Positions 39,967 to 51,800 of a DNA stretch of 64,000 nt are shown piece by piece (positions within the stretch are counted from its first letter, which is position 1; each line of letters opens with the position of its first letter). The stretch is from Tetramitus jugosus (taxonomy: Eukaryota; Protista; Heterolobosea). The stretch lies in assembly GCA_937625935.1 (NCBI GenBank), contig OW569360.1, positions 62,001-126,000 of the forward strand, written 5' to 3'. The position numbers were made by a program, and so were the translations under genes. Under the pieces are notes generated by a model. That model worked only from the letters and a program-made list of their open reading frames with translations. It had not been told where the DNA came from and made no database searches.

Positions 39967-42737
39967 AGAGATCATCAATGATTTGCAAATTTTGACCACT
40001 GGCTTTTGCTCGAATGGCAAGCAACAAGTCCACGTCTCGTTGCCCGTATGCAACTTCGATAGCCTCCTTGAATTTGGATACTCGCACATACAGCTGGGTT
40101 TTCTCGAATGGATCTGTTACCCTTGGAATATATTTCACTGCTTCGCTCTCAACACCTCTTTGAATACATGCCTCTGCAAATGGCTTATACCCTATTGGTG
40201 ACTTCTTTTTCGAGAATTCTTCTAGTGCACCCCATTGGCCCATTCTGACATAGGCTGCAATTTTGATGTTCCAATATCGTTTGTCTGGAACATTGAAATC
40301 TTTCTTAATCTTGGCTTCATTCTTATCGCCCATTAGTAGCAAGTTGAATATGGTATCACTTACAGAGAGTCCTGTGAACAACTTCCGGCCAATAGTTTTA
40401 TCCAAGGTGTGCTGTAATTCAAGTAGTTGTCTCTGTTGATCAGCCGCTTTAGCATCTACATAGCAGTCCTTCCTCTTTGAATACAATTCCTTTGCGTTGT
40501 TGAGATGTTTTCTTTGGGTGTGCAGATCTGTGGTTTCGAATGATTCCAATACAGAAAGGGTAGCTGCTTCGTGAGGAAGTTCAAGAGCATGATAGAAAGT
40601 CTCTAAAAATTCTCTATCTTGCTCCCTGCAGTAGGACACAAGAAGATCACGTGCTGGCTCGAATCCTTTTTCATTAATAATGGAGAAGAAGATGTATGGT
40701 TCCATCTTTTTCTTCATATCAAGCAGCACTTGATCGAGCAGATCGCTATCTCCGCTGTTCAGTGCTTGCTTGAGTGCCATTTTAATCTCACCCATACGCA
40801 AAAGTAAAGGTACCTGTTCAGCAGCTCTTTCTTCCCGCTCTAATAACATGAGTGCAAGTTCTTTCTTGCCCTGTCTGAGGGCAGCTGAAGCGATCGATGA
40901 AAATGGTATATCTTCATACTCTTTCAGTTTTGCGATGATAGAATTAAAAATATCGTATTCATCTTCGTCTGATCGAACCTTTGTGGTTGCCCAATGCACC
41001 AACACATTAGTAGGCTTCATATCCATGTAATTTGATATCTTGAAAGCAAGCAGATGCTCCATTCGAGCTAATAGTCTCTCAATTAAGCCCTGAGGTGTAA
41101 GTCTCTCGAGCTGCTCTGATGTCAATGGCATTCCAATTGTATAGTCTCTCACGGCATTCAAAACTCGTACTAACTTGCAAGTATGTACAAACTCTGACGT
41201 TTCATAATAATCGTCGCAGAATGATTTCCCGTAGGAGGCTGCTCGTAAATACTTCCTCTGCAGAGAATGTTCGAAATCAGTTTCAGCTGCGTGATAACAT
41301 GTCCGAACTGCCTCTGGCAAATCAATGGATGTAATATCGTTAATCATTGTGTTACCACTCTTCTCGAACTGTGAAAATGCAAAATATAGAGTAGAACCAG
41401 GCGCATCGGATCCAGCACGATGAATTTCATTAATCGGCTCAGGCACTCGTTGTAGGAATTCACATGTCGAGTTCGTTATAATTCTCAAGCCATCGACCTC
41501 CGTTAAGGGATGAACAGGTGAATTAAAAGAGAATGAATTTTGTGCTCCATTCGGTCCCACCATCAACAACAAGGACGTGTCATCTCTGCCGAGTTGATCA
41601 GGATCCCAATACAAGCATATACAATCTTCACCGCACCATTTCAACTGAGTAGGCAAAGTAGAGGATTTGATGTCGTGTTCTGTGTACGTCGTGCTGAAAT
41701 CCACTCTCGAAACACGCAATATTCCAGTGCTCGAAAGAGTGGCCAGCGCTGTTCCACTCGGTGCCACACTAATCCTTGGAAATGGACCATAGGTCAGCTT
41801 TGCGTCCACACAACGATTTCTCGAAACAAAATACATGGTTTTACTCTGTGGAACACTCACCAAAAACTCCAACTCCTCCATTTCACTCTGATCCTCTGGA
41901 ATCACTTCTACACTGATCAAATCAGCATCTTGATTCATCATACTCACTGGAATTTTAGCAAATTGTTCGCAAAAGGTTGTATTAAAATCACTAATCACCC
42001 ACAATGTGTAATGATTCGTCAGAATAGCGACTCCAGAGCCCCAATTCACCACTTTTAATATTCCTTCGTCCACTACATCATTTACAAAACCAAATTGTCT
42101 CACTCCTCGACTCAAAATATCATAAATGTACACGTGTGCATCACTGTTCAATCAATCCATTTTTTCCAAAACAACAACAACAACAACAACAATAATCACA
42201 TTGTGTCAGCACACAAAACGAATCAATGACATTGCAAACAATAACAATAACAATAAAAGTTTCAAAAAAATAGAAAAATCTATACCTTGTCACACAAACA
42301 ACACACTCATCACTGGTCCATCCAACATGAATCAATTGACCCTTGCTATCTGACTCCCATTCAAATCTGGAGATCAAATTACCTGAGCACGAATAAATGG
42401 AAACGTATTGCTTGCTGGAATCGATGCCTCTCAGTTGAATAAGCTTGTTGGGATCTCGTGTCATGACAATGGCACCAGAATTGGAACAACTTGATACGAG
42501 ACAGTCACTTAGATTGATGGACGATGACCAACTCATAGAGTATAGTTGTCTCTTTCTGTAGTTGATTGGTCGTTTGTCATTATCCTTTCCTAATTGTATC
42601 CTGTTTGTTGTTCAATTCGTTTGATGAAGAAAATTAGTGATGATTTTGATCAGCTATTTATACGTTATGATGATGGATTGTTGTTGTGTCAAAGAAAGAT
42701 GGGATAATGGTACATACCATTCTGAAAGGATCGACAT
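39950..42737 (-). CDS. VPS16: Vacuolar protein sorting 16 (HOPS/CORVET), 3 exons, introns 42601..42717 and 42144..42285
   Basis: Splicing gives MSILSEW...YRKRQLYSMSW and VTSDAHV. Also WCGED, EVDGLRII, LRAASYGK, LVRVLNAVR...IGMPLT, QVPLLL and KKSPIGYKPF. Confidence 0.95.
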
Positions 42738-42835
42738 TTTGTTCTCTGTGCGTGTTTTTTGTTGTTGGAAATGATTTTTTTTTGTTGTTTTCTAGATCGG
42801 AGTTTTGGTAAGCTTTGTGTGGCGTTGATAGGTTT

Positions 42836-43570
42836 TTACAGGAAGAATTGATCCAAGTGATCTTTGAGGATGGAGGCATCTTCGTTGAGTGCATTGAAGT
42901 GAACTGCACTCAAACCAGCTTCTATAGCAGCATTAACGTTTGCTAATTTGTCATCCACGAACAAAATTGGTATGTTCTGTTGTTGAAGCACGCTTTCAAT
43001 GGTTTCCTTTGCTGTTAGGAATGCTTTGAGATCAGGTTTTGCACATTTCATGACCGCAGAATTGAAAATAAAGTCCTTTCGATCAAACAGGACTTCCAAT
43101 CGATCGGAATACATGCGGAACAACTCTGGCAACCACTCTGTCGAGTGATTCGACAAGACAGCAAAGGTGACTTGATGACTGGATGCATGCTTGGCCTTCC
43201 AATCCAGCATCATGTCCACCACAGAGTCAAACAATCGCAATTGTCCTTCTCTGACCTGTTGCATCAGGAAGCGAACGACTTGAGTCTCGTCAGACGATTG
43301 CTCCTCACTCAAGAATCCCCTTCGCTTCAATTCTTGTGCCACGGTACTCTGTTGTATAATGTTCAGAAAAAACACAGTTTCATCAAATTCACCAATCTTA
43401 TATCCACTCCAGCTCTGTGTAGCACATTTCATGATATGAGCAAACGTTTCAGCCTCTGTTGGAATGGCTTGTGGATCAACCACACTTTCTTGTAGCAGAA
43501 GACGATCCAGGAGGTCATTGTACAGATCTCTTGCAACGACACCACCAATGTCACTTAGGAGTACTTTCAT
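42836..43570 (-). CDS. HAD-superfamily hydrolase (subfamily IA, YihX/sEH-N-like)
   Basis: Motif I LSDIGGVV, II LSN, III KPD, IV FVDD...NVNAA..AGL. Confidence 0.88.
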   Translation of the reverse strand: MKVLLSDIGGVVARDLYNDLLDRLLLQESVVDPQAIPTEAETFAHIMKCATQSWSGYKIGEFDETVFFLNIIQQSTVAQELKRRGFLSEEQSSDETQVVRFLMQQVREGQLRLFDSVVDMMLDWKAKHASSHQVTFAVLSNHSTEWLPELFRMYSDRLEVLFDRKDFIFNSAVMKCAKPDLKAFLTAKETIESVLQQQNIPILFVDDKLANVNAAIEAGLSAVHFNALNEDASILKDHLDQFFL

Positions 43571-43619
43571 TTTTTGATCGCAGCGACGTTTACTTTTTCA
43601 CCGGTGTTTTTCGCCGGAT

Positions 43620-45849
43620 CTATAATAAGGATGACTGGGAAAGGAATGTAGATGACAGTGTTAGTGACAGTGGACAAGAGCATTGATCAATGATACTTTC
43701 TGGTGTTTCACTGTAAGCTTCGAATATTTCTTGTTGTTCTACCTTTGAAGAATCAGGATGTAAAACAACCTTAAAGTCAAGAGTTTTTCCAGCATTGATT
43801 CGAGCGATGAGGGGATAAATTATGGAGCCTGAACTTGCATCTTTTGGTTTCCACCGAACAGTAAAATCTAAAATCATGTGTGAACAATAGTCTTTGAAAA
43901 TGATATGAGAAGAAACTTACTTTGAAGTGAATCATTCCGTAAGATGATCGTTTTTGTTAATTCAGAGTCGCCATAGGTTGGTGATATGTGCCACTTTAAG
44001 AGATATGACCCGTTCTCGATCCAATGTAAGCCTATCGTCTTGGGAATTATGGAAAGAGGCGTTCCAACAATTCTGGCTCGCACCGGTAACTGAATCGTGG
44101 GCAGACCAACTATCTCCAGTTTTAACGAATCAGCATATTCTCCAAGAGCATTCGAATAGCACGTCAGTTTTAGCTTAACGGTGGAATGTTTAGAAGAATT
44201 AATTCTCCCGTTCAATCGATTGATATCAAGAGCTATTCCAAGTCCTCGTGATAGAATTTCTGAATCGAAAGCTTTCTCTATATCTCCTCTTCTCTTCTCT
44301 TGCCACTTCTGTTCACTGCTTTCCACAGCAAAGGATCTTTCTGTTGTGCTGCATTGAGAATGTGAAGAGGTGGACTTAAGGGCTGATTTGAATTCACTCG
44401 TTCGTGATCCCCCAGCACTAGCTTTGTTGTGGGGATGGAAGGAGACTGTCGCGGACATCTTTCTCCTGGAGTGGTCAATAGGAGCAGCATACCTCTCAAA
44501 CTGGGCAGAAAAGAAACCAATACAATCACTCAAATTAGTTATCTTCAATACAACTGTTTTTCGGGAGAATATCGGAACATCTCCAAAATTAATTTCCGGT
44601 ATGTAGAGTCGGTCCTCTACCTTTTCCCCAACAGCTGCGGTAATACAATTACTAGTTAATAGGTGGCAAAACATTGTTGTTTCTTCCTTTTCTAAGCTTT
44701 CAGCCAATTCCTCACTTTCCACGTCCAACCGAACAAGCAGTCCTCTTACTTTGCACTTGACCAATACTCCCTGCACGTGTTCTTCGCTGTTATAAAAAAC
44801 ACATGGCACTAGAATCTCATAATCACCCGTCGCACGAGCAAAGAGGGTAACGGATACTTCTATTCTCTCGCTAGGTCCAAGAGTTCCATGTTGAGGTGAA
44901 ACTTTAACTTCACATCTATCTCCAAGCGTCTCGGGAATGTACCAGCAGAAAGGTGTGGGAAAATGGGAGAGATTACGAATAATGGTTTTCTTAACAGTAG
45001 AAGATTCCTCAAATACCTCTCCATAGTCAATTAATTGTTCTGTGATTCGAACGTTGATGTCCTGTATCCTTCCTGTCACAGAGAGGAATTGTTTGCAGTT
45101 TGATTCAGTCTGAAATTGTAAATTTGTATTTATGGATAAAGGAGTATCATGTTGAATGGTCAAACGTATTAGAGTTGATTTTCTGGGTTTTAACTGTCCA
45201 GAAAGTTGACTCAAGCCGAGGACGGATCTACAAAGAAAACAACAACTTCGTTAGTATTGATTGTGTCAATGATAGAAAGACAGACATACCCTATCAGACC
45301 ACTTGAGTCGCCAGTTATCGTCCATGGAACAACAACAGAGGAAGGATTAGTTATTTTCAGATCAATTGTTCTGTTTTCTTTGATGGGAAGCACTCCAAAC
45401 TCCAATGAGGGGCAGTCAAAAAGAATCGTTGGACTCCGAATCTGTACAATTTAAAAGAGTAGACACCTAGATTAACATTAATCCGAGAATTATTAACTTA
45501 TGAATCGACATACTGTTGCAGTAATCCATGAGCACAGAGCTATCTTAGTGTCTACAACATTGCAAATCAATTTTGATTTCATATTGCCAGTCCTTGAGGG
45601 TCTAAAACTGATTGAAACGGTTTTAGACTGACTAGGAAGCAGCATGAAAGTCGTTGGAGTGAATGAAACCGAGCCATTCTCTAACATTTGCTCTGGCCAT
45701 TGAAATCGAGCAGATGTATCACCATGATTGGTGATCGTAACAGTTTTGACGACTTCTTGTCCCACTGTCAGAGGACTACCACACACAACGAGCTGAGGCT
45801 CTATGCGCACATCCGGAATCTCATCCATTTCATTGTTTTCCCATCTCAT
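43620..45849 (-). CDS. DLEC1/CFAP81-like tandem ASH/Ig-domain ciliary protein (~680 aa), 4 exons, introns 45442..45513, 45228..45289 and 43868..43920
   Basis: Three GT-AG introns (one with TACTAAC) join four ORFs in frame. Repeated xFG.V......I.N.S ASH-type units; GLGIA...G......V.LTCYSN.LGEY.D.L...I.GLP....PV...IVG.P resembles DLEC1. Confidence 0.75.
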
Positions 45850-45915
45850 TTTCGTAGTTATCAACGATCGTCTATTTGTGTTTTGGGCGCGGTTTACAAA
45901 CTTCAAAAAACAACC

Positions 45916-46707
45916 ATGGTCAAGTTACTGACACAGAACATGTGGATCAACCATGTGACTTTCAAGACATCCACTTCAAACAAGGTCCACAGACTCACAG
46001 ACTTTACTTCCCATATCGATCAGTTCGATATCATTACCCTGCAAGAAGTCTTCTCCCATAATTTTCTCTCCGGGGTCGATTTCAAGGCCATGATGTCCAG
46101 TGAAGCAAAGAAGCATGGGTTCGATTACTTTGCAGTGGGTAGAGCTCCATCATACATGAATCAAGACTCTGGTTTGATGATCTTATCGAAGCTTCCCATC
46201 GTTTCAACTGAATTTGTTTCCTTCAGTAGCTACAGTTGGTTCGATATGATTGTCGATAAGGGATTTCTGTATGTCAAGATTCAAGTGACTCCAGATCAAC
46301 ACATGCATGTGATCACTACCCATATGGATGCACATCGCAGTGATGTTCGATCGGCACAAGTTGACCAGATTTCTCAATGGATTGTTGACCATCTGGAAAA
46401 TGAAGTAAAGAATGACTTGTTGATCATGACTGGAGATTGGAACATTAGAGTAGAGAGTGAAGAGTACGATCATTTGTTGAAAACGTTTCCAGATTTTACC
46501 AATGTATATCTAGATGGTCCTTATCCTCCGACGCATCAATGTGGAATCTGCATAGATCACGTGTTGGTCAACAAGTTTGCCCATCTGGTACCTTCTACCT
46601 CCGATGGAAAAGTGTACAAGATTGAGAATCTAACAGGATCTGGAGAAAGGGCCAATGAACCGATATCGGATCATTCTGGTGTGTCCATTGAAGTCACGTT
46701 AGAATAG
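45916..46707 (+). CDS. Endonuclease/exonuclease/phosphatase (EEP) family, neutral sphingomyelinase-like
   Basis: LLTQN, LQEVF, DSGL.ILSK.PI, KGFL, TTH, GDWN, IDHV and SDH motifs. Confidence 0.88.
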   Translation: MVKLLTQNMWINHVTFKTSTSNKVHRLTDFTSHIDQFDIITLQEVFSHNFLSGVDFKAMMSSEAKKHGFDYFAVGRAPSYMNQDSGLMILSKLPIVSTEFVSFSSYSWFDMIVDKGFLYVKIQVTPDQHMHVITTHMDAHRSDVRSAQVDQISQWIVDHLENEVKNDLLIMTGDWNIRVESEEYDHLLKTFPDFTNVYLDGPYPPTHQCGICIDHVLVNKFAHLVPSTSDGKVYKIENLTGSGERANEPISDHSGVSIEVTLE

Positions 46708-46767
46708 TTCGATTGTAATGTATGATAAAATGCTACTGCTTAGCACAATATAAAATATAGTTTATTT

Positions 46768-47343
46768 TCAAGCTGGTGTGCATCGTTGTTTGGCGTTGGC
46801 TACCCAATTGTCAAACGATTTTTGAGCCGACGTCAGAGAAGTGTTTTCAATCTTTGAACCAATGAGAGGCACCCATCCCTTGAACTCACTCGTAATTTGT
46901 TGTTGCAAGTCTGTTGTTCGAGGATCAGTTTGTCTTGGCATCGCAATCCACTTGATTGTAACGATTAATGAGTCCTTTAGAGCTCCACTCTTCACTGTCA
47001 TGACTGTTTCAACTTCCATCCGTTGAATCATCGCATGTTGAGGCTGATTTAGATTTCTTCCAAACACTGTCATCGTGGCAGTTGTTTGGCACAGCGTAAA
47101 ATCCATGCCCACGAATTTCCGGATCGCAGGTGAGGCATCGACTGGCGACTCAAACGATATTTCTCTTGTTTTGACTAGGGTGTTACCATCGTTGAAAATT
47201 GTTCTCCATTCTCCAATATTCACATTCTTGTGTCCTTGTTGTGTCTGTACGCCATGTTGGAATGAAATGTCATCGAATAGGTCTTCTTTAATCTGTTGCA
47301 GAGTAATATTGGGAAATTCAGCTTGTAGCACGACTTGCTTCAT
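46768..47343 (-). CDS. Stand-alone VASt/START-like (SRPBCC) lipid-transfer domain protein
   Basis: LF.D..F......QG..NV.I.EW...REISF..P and C-terminal KG..PLIGSKIE helix. Confidence 0.6.
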   Translation of the reverse strand: MKQVVLQAEFPNITLQQIKEDLFDDISFQHGVQTQQGHKNVNIGEWRTIFNDGNTLVKTREISFESPVDASPAIRKFVGMDFTLCQTTATMTVFGRNLNQPQHAMIQRMEVETVMTVKSGALKDSLIVTIKWIAMPRQTDPRTTDLQQQITSEFKGWVPLIGSKIENTSLTSAQKSFDNWVANAKQRCTPA

Positions 47344-47731
47344 GGTTTCTGAGATGTCAAAAATATATTTATGGTTGGTTGGTTGGTTGGTCTCGTTGGA
47401 TGTATGATTTGGTTTTCTATAAAGTGTCTTACAGGTGGCTCAAGAAACAGGTATTTATGTAGGGCTTCTCGTTGCTGTTCGGGTGTGTCCTATTCATCTG
47501 TTCTAACACGTTCTGAAAATAGCAATGGTTATCGCGGATGAGCGAAAAAAAAACGCTGATTGGATTGTTTACGGAAGTTGGAGGATTCGCGAGAATGCAC
47601 ACGGCACGTATTGTCAAACAGCACACAAAATAGAAGATGGAATAATCGTTGGAATTCAATTACCACATGTGTGACATGGTACTGTAAAAGCAAACGAGAG
47701 TTCCCGTGTGTGACTTGTTGTTGTTATCTAT

Positions 47732-48742
47732 CTACAGTTCCAAACCACTCTTGACAACACGGTTGACACAATCGCTGGTCACCGTCGGCGAATAATTAAT
47801 ACAGTCCAAGAGACCCTTCTTTTCATTTTTCATGCACTGCGAAATGGTAGAGCTACACAAATGAGCAATCATGCACATACGATATCGATAGTACTCTTCA
47901 AACTGTTGTGGCGTAATTAACAGTGATGCATTTGCAGGATTACCACTCGCGTTTGGCATCATAATAGATGGCTTGGTACAGTACTTTTCACTCACTAGGT
48001 TATACTTGGCACGAATAGCTTCCGCTTCAGCAGGTGACACTGTCACTTGTTGCTGCTGCTGTTGCTGCACATTGCTCGTTGCCAAATGTTGTTGTATATG
48101 AGATTGTGCATCACTTGGAGTCGAGGTAGGAGTCGATTTCACCGCAGTAGCAGCCAATGGTGTTGTTGGCGGGCCAATATCCAATTTCTCCTTCTTGCTT
48201 TGCTCAACCATCTTTGTGTATGTTTCTCCGACTTGATCTTGAGCCAAATTCTGTGCGGCAATAAAATGCTTGTCAATAAACTGCTCATATCGATCAAAGT
48301 ACTGATCATGACACTTGACAACAGTGTTATTCATCAGTGCACCTTCGACTTTTGAGTCAAATCGACTCATCATCAAATCAGAGGCCATCTTATCCAGTGA
48401 GATCGTTGCTGGCAAGCACTCATTCAACTCCTTGTCCATCGTACTCAACAAACAACTCCAGTACAGTGCATACAGTGATTGCTTGTTTTCTTTGGAGATG
48501 TTTTGTAAGCTTTCAGGGCTGTGATGCAACGTTGTCATCACATCTCTCAGATACCTGCAGTAGCGTGACTCTGCAAACAATTCTTGAATACGGAATGACG
48601 ATAGTGGAAGATCGAGGAAGGATGTGGTGGGTGGTGCGAGTTTTGGTATGATGACTGGTGTCGTTGGTGTTGGAGAAACACCACCTTCTTGTTGTTGTTC
48701 TGTTGTGTTGGCTGATGAACTTGCACTTTGTTGATTACCCAT
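47732..48742 (-). CDS. Uncharacterised, probably N-myristoylated Cys-rich helical protein
   Basis: MGNQQS start (MGxxxS) and two Cys-rich helical regions separated by a Q/T/P linker. Confidence 0.65.
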   Translation of the reverse strand: MGNQQSASSSANTTEQQQEGGVSPTPTTPVIIPKLAPPTTSFLDLPLSSFRIQELFAESRYCRYLRDVMTTLHHSPESLQNISKENKQSLYALYWSCLLSTMDKELNECLPATISLDKMASDLMMSRFDSKVEGALMNNTVVKCHDQYFDRYEQFIDKHFIAAQNLAQDQVGETYTKMVEQSKKEKLDIGPPTTPLAATAVKSTPTSTPSDAQSHIQQHLATSNVQQQQQQQVTVSPAEAEAIRAKYNLVSEKYCTKPSIMMPNASGNPANASLLITPQQFEEYYRYRMCMIAHLCSSTISQCMKNEKKGLLDCINYSPTVTSDCVNRVVKSGLEL

Positions 48743-48897
48743 ATGATAATAATGATGGACAACGACTCGTTCGCTCGATGAAATTGTTTTTTGAGTTTGT
48801 TTGCGCGAATGCAGAAAATCTTATCATCGGCGGAGATTATTTTGTCGGCAGAACAATTATTGAGCGCACGAGCGAAAGCTTTTCACTTTTGGTTTTC

Positions 48898-51800
48898 TCA
48901 CTTCTCCTTAGGAGGCTCAGTTGCACAGGTGACGGAAAAGATGAATCGTGTCCACTGGTCCTTGACTGACTCTGCACTAATCTGACCACCCATGAGTTCA
49001 CACAGGTTTTTCGAGATGAACATGGCCAACCCCGATCCGCCATACTCTGTCCATGTTCTCACACTGCTCTGGCTGAATCTATCAAAGACATGCAAGACTT
49101 CTTCTTCACTCATACCTATGCCCGTGTCTTCGACAGAGATTTTTAGTTCGCACTGTCCCTCTTGACTGAGCTGTTCAATGGATGATACAAGTGTGATCGT
49201 GCCACCAATCTTGCAAAACTTCACTGCATTCGACAGGATGTTAATGAGTACTTGGCTGATCATATTTGAGTCATTGAACAGTGTAAGAGTCGTGCTGGGC
49301 AGTTGTACTTTAAGCTTCAAGTTCTTTTGAGCAACGGACGCTTCAAACATTTTCAGGCTGGAGTTGATCAGGGTTGTTGCTTTGAAAGGACCAGTGGTCA
49401 GGCTTATCTGATGAGCTTCAAGCTTTGATAACGTCAATACATCATTGATAATCACCTGTTGGTGCTGAGTACAAATATTGATTGCCTCTATTCCTTCATT
49501 GATGGTGTTTAGCGGTTCTGTCCATGCATCGCCACCAATCTTGATATCATTTGTTATCGATGTTACGATCGTTTGAAGTCTCTCCATGTATTTTACTACT
49601 CTGGACAGTGGATATCGCAGTTGCTCACATATATGGTTCGTATATTCCTCTTGCTTGAGTTGATAATTCTCTGCTTCTATTGCTCTCTTTCTCTGCATTT
49701 CTGCAGCGAGATGCGCAGCTGAAACATGAGCCTTGAAATGCATTGCATTCTCGAGAGAGATTGCCATTTGTGTAGCCAAAATGTTAATCACCTTCATCCT
49801 TTCGACATTGAATGCATTTGTGATTAGATTGTTTTCTAGATACAAAATAGCTTTGAGATCATTCTGTCGCAAGATGGGCATACACATAATACTTTTGCAT
49901 TTGTTCTGTCGAACATATGGTATATGAGAGAAAATACTATCCTCAGAAACGTTGTCCATGACGATTGGCTCTCTGCTCCTTGTAACATATTCAATGATCG
50001 ATCTACAGCCATTTCTCCAGTCGCTTATTTGAATTCCTTGCAGTGTTTCAATACAATTTTTGCCGATCAGAGTGTTATTTGGATCGTACTCTGCCTCAAC
50101 TTTGTTTTCGAGGATGCAAGCTCCTTTTTGCGCCCCGCTCACCTCGATTAGAATTTTCATTGTATTGTACAATAACACTCTTATGTCCACACTACTCGAT
50201 ATGAACTGAGAGCTTCTGATCACTGAGCTAAGGTCATACTTTTGATTGAAAGTTGTTATATCTGACGCATTGGTCGACGAATTCTTGAAGTGACTTGTAA
50301 AAAGTTCAGGGAACTCAATAGACATGCGATTCAACTTTTTCTTGGCTCCCCAATAGGCGTACAAATTGTACGCCTTTTTGAGGTACACTGCGCCAATATT
50401 GGACTTGTTTGTTTGGAACCAAAAGTGAGCAGCTAGTTCGTTCGCTAGTGCACATTCCCAAATAAATGAACTCTTCTCTGCAAGTTCAATAGACATGTCA
50501 TAGTAATTAATTGTCTTCAAGTTCCTTTTACCTTCCACTCTCGCTAGCTCGGCACAAAGAAGTAAGTACTTGTTTTTAAAATTCTCTGGGCATTGGTCGC
50601 TCAGTTCACATAGATACTTCATCTTCTCTTCAATACTACATTTTTTGTTGTTTCTCAGTGAGACATCCTCGGTACGCTCTAAATCTTGAATTTGGGAGAG
50701 ACAAGAGATAAATACTCGAATACTAAATATGTAATATGGTCGAATTCTGAATGCGTCATTATCTGTTTGTTTCATAGAATCCAAAATACGGTCAAGGTTA
50801 TTCTTTCTATCGACAATAAGTTGAAACATCGTGGTATACACTTGTTGTTGCGCGTGCATGATTGAAGTCTGTGGCATCAAACTAAAATTTTGCCTCATTT
50901 GTTCTTGATCGTTCGTATTTTCTGGCCAAATCTCCTCATAAGGAATAAGAATCGAGAGTGATTGTTGCAATACGTATATGCTGGACGTTGTGGGAAGAGG
51001 ATTGGTCGCGTTTCTGCAAAATTCATACATCTTGTGAGATGTGTTTAGTACGAGTGGTAGACTGTCTCCGGCGTGCAACATCATTGCTGGCAATGTACTC
51101 GCACTGAATCCAGATTGCAATCTTTCTCCAACTTGCTTAGACAAACGAAATGCATTCTCGACGTACTTTTTACATTGTACAATGGGGATATAGCAATGCC
51201 CAATATTGGTTCCAAATAGTTGAAATACTTTAAACTTGTCTTTCAATTGGTCTCTCTCACAAACCTCCAATGCGAACCTTACCAGTTCAAAAATTTCGTT
51301 TCTCGTAATGAAATGTTGTAGTTCTGTTCTGGTCGAGAGGGCAGCGGCCAAAAACACAAGACATGTCACTAGTTCTCCTGTATAACCATATTGAAAGATT
51401 ATCTCTGCGGCTTGAACCAAAAAACAAATATGTAATTGAGCGTCAGCCAATAATAATGAGGCTACTGATAAAGATAGCAACACTGCCGATAGTTCCATTA
51501 GCTCTTCATTTACCATTCGAGGTAAGTGTGTCAACAAACTATCACACAGAGCTAACTCTCCTCTCCTCATATTGATGTAGCCACGAAGCGTAGAACGAAT
51601 GGCCTTCAGTTTCTCAATCACAAATTGATCACAATCACAGCTTGATTCAGGGAAATATTTTCCAAACAATTGTAAGACTGATCTACCCCGCGTGATGGAG
51701 TAAGATAAATTATTAGAGTACGTTGCATGTCTGACCGCAATTGAAGCTGTTCGCACCTTTTCTATCCTAGAAACAGCGCGACTATCCAATATCCTTATCG

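Noticed and set aside
39766-40089. 107-aa minus ORF and its twin at 37732..37929
   Set aside because: Shadow frames produced by the duplication and the VPS16/coilin overlap.
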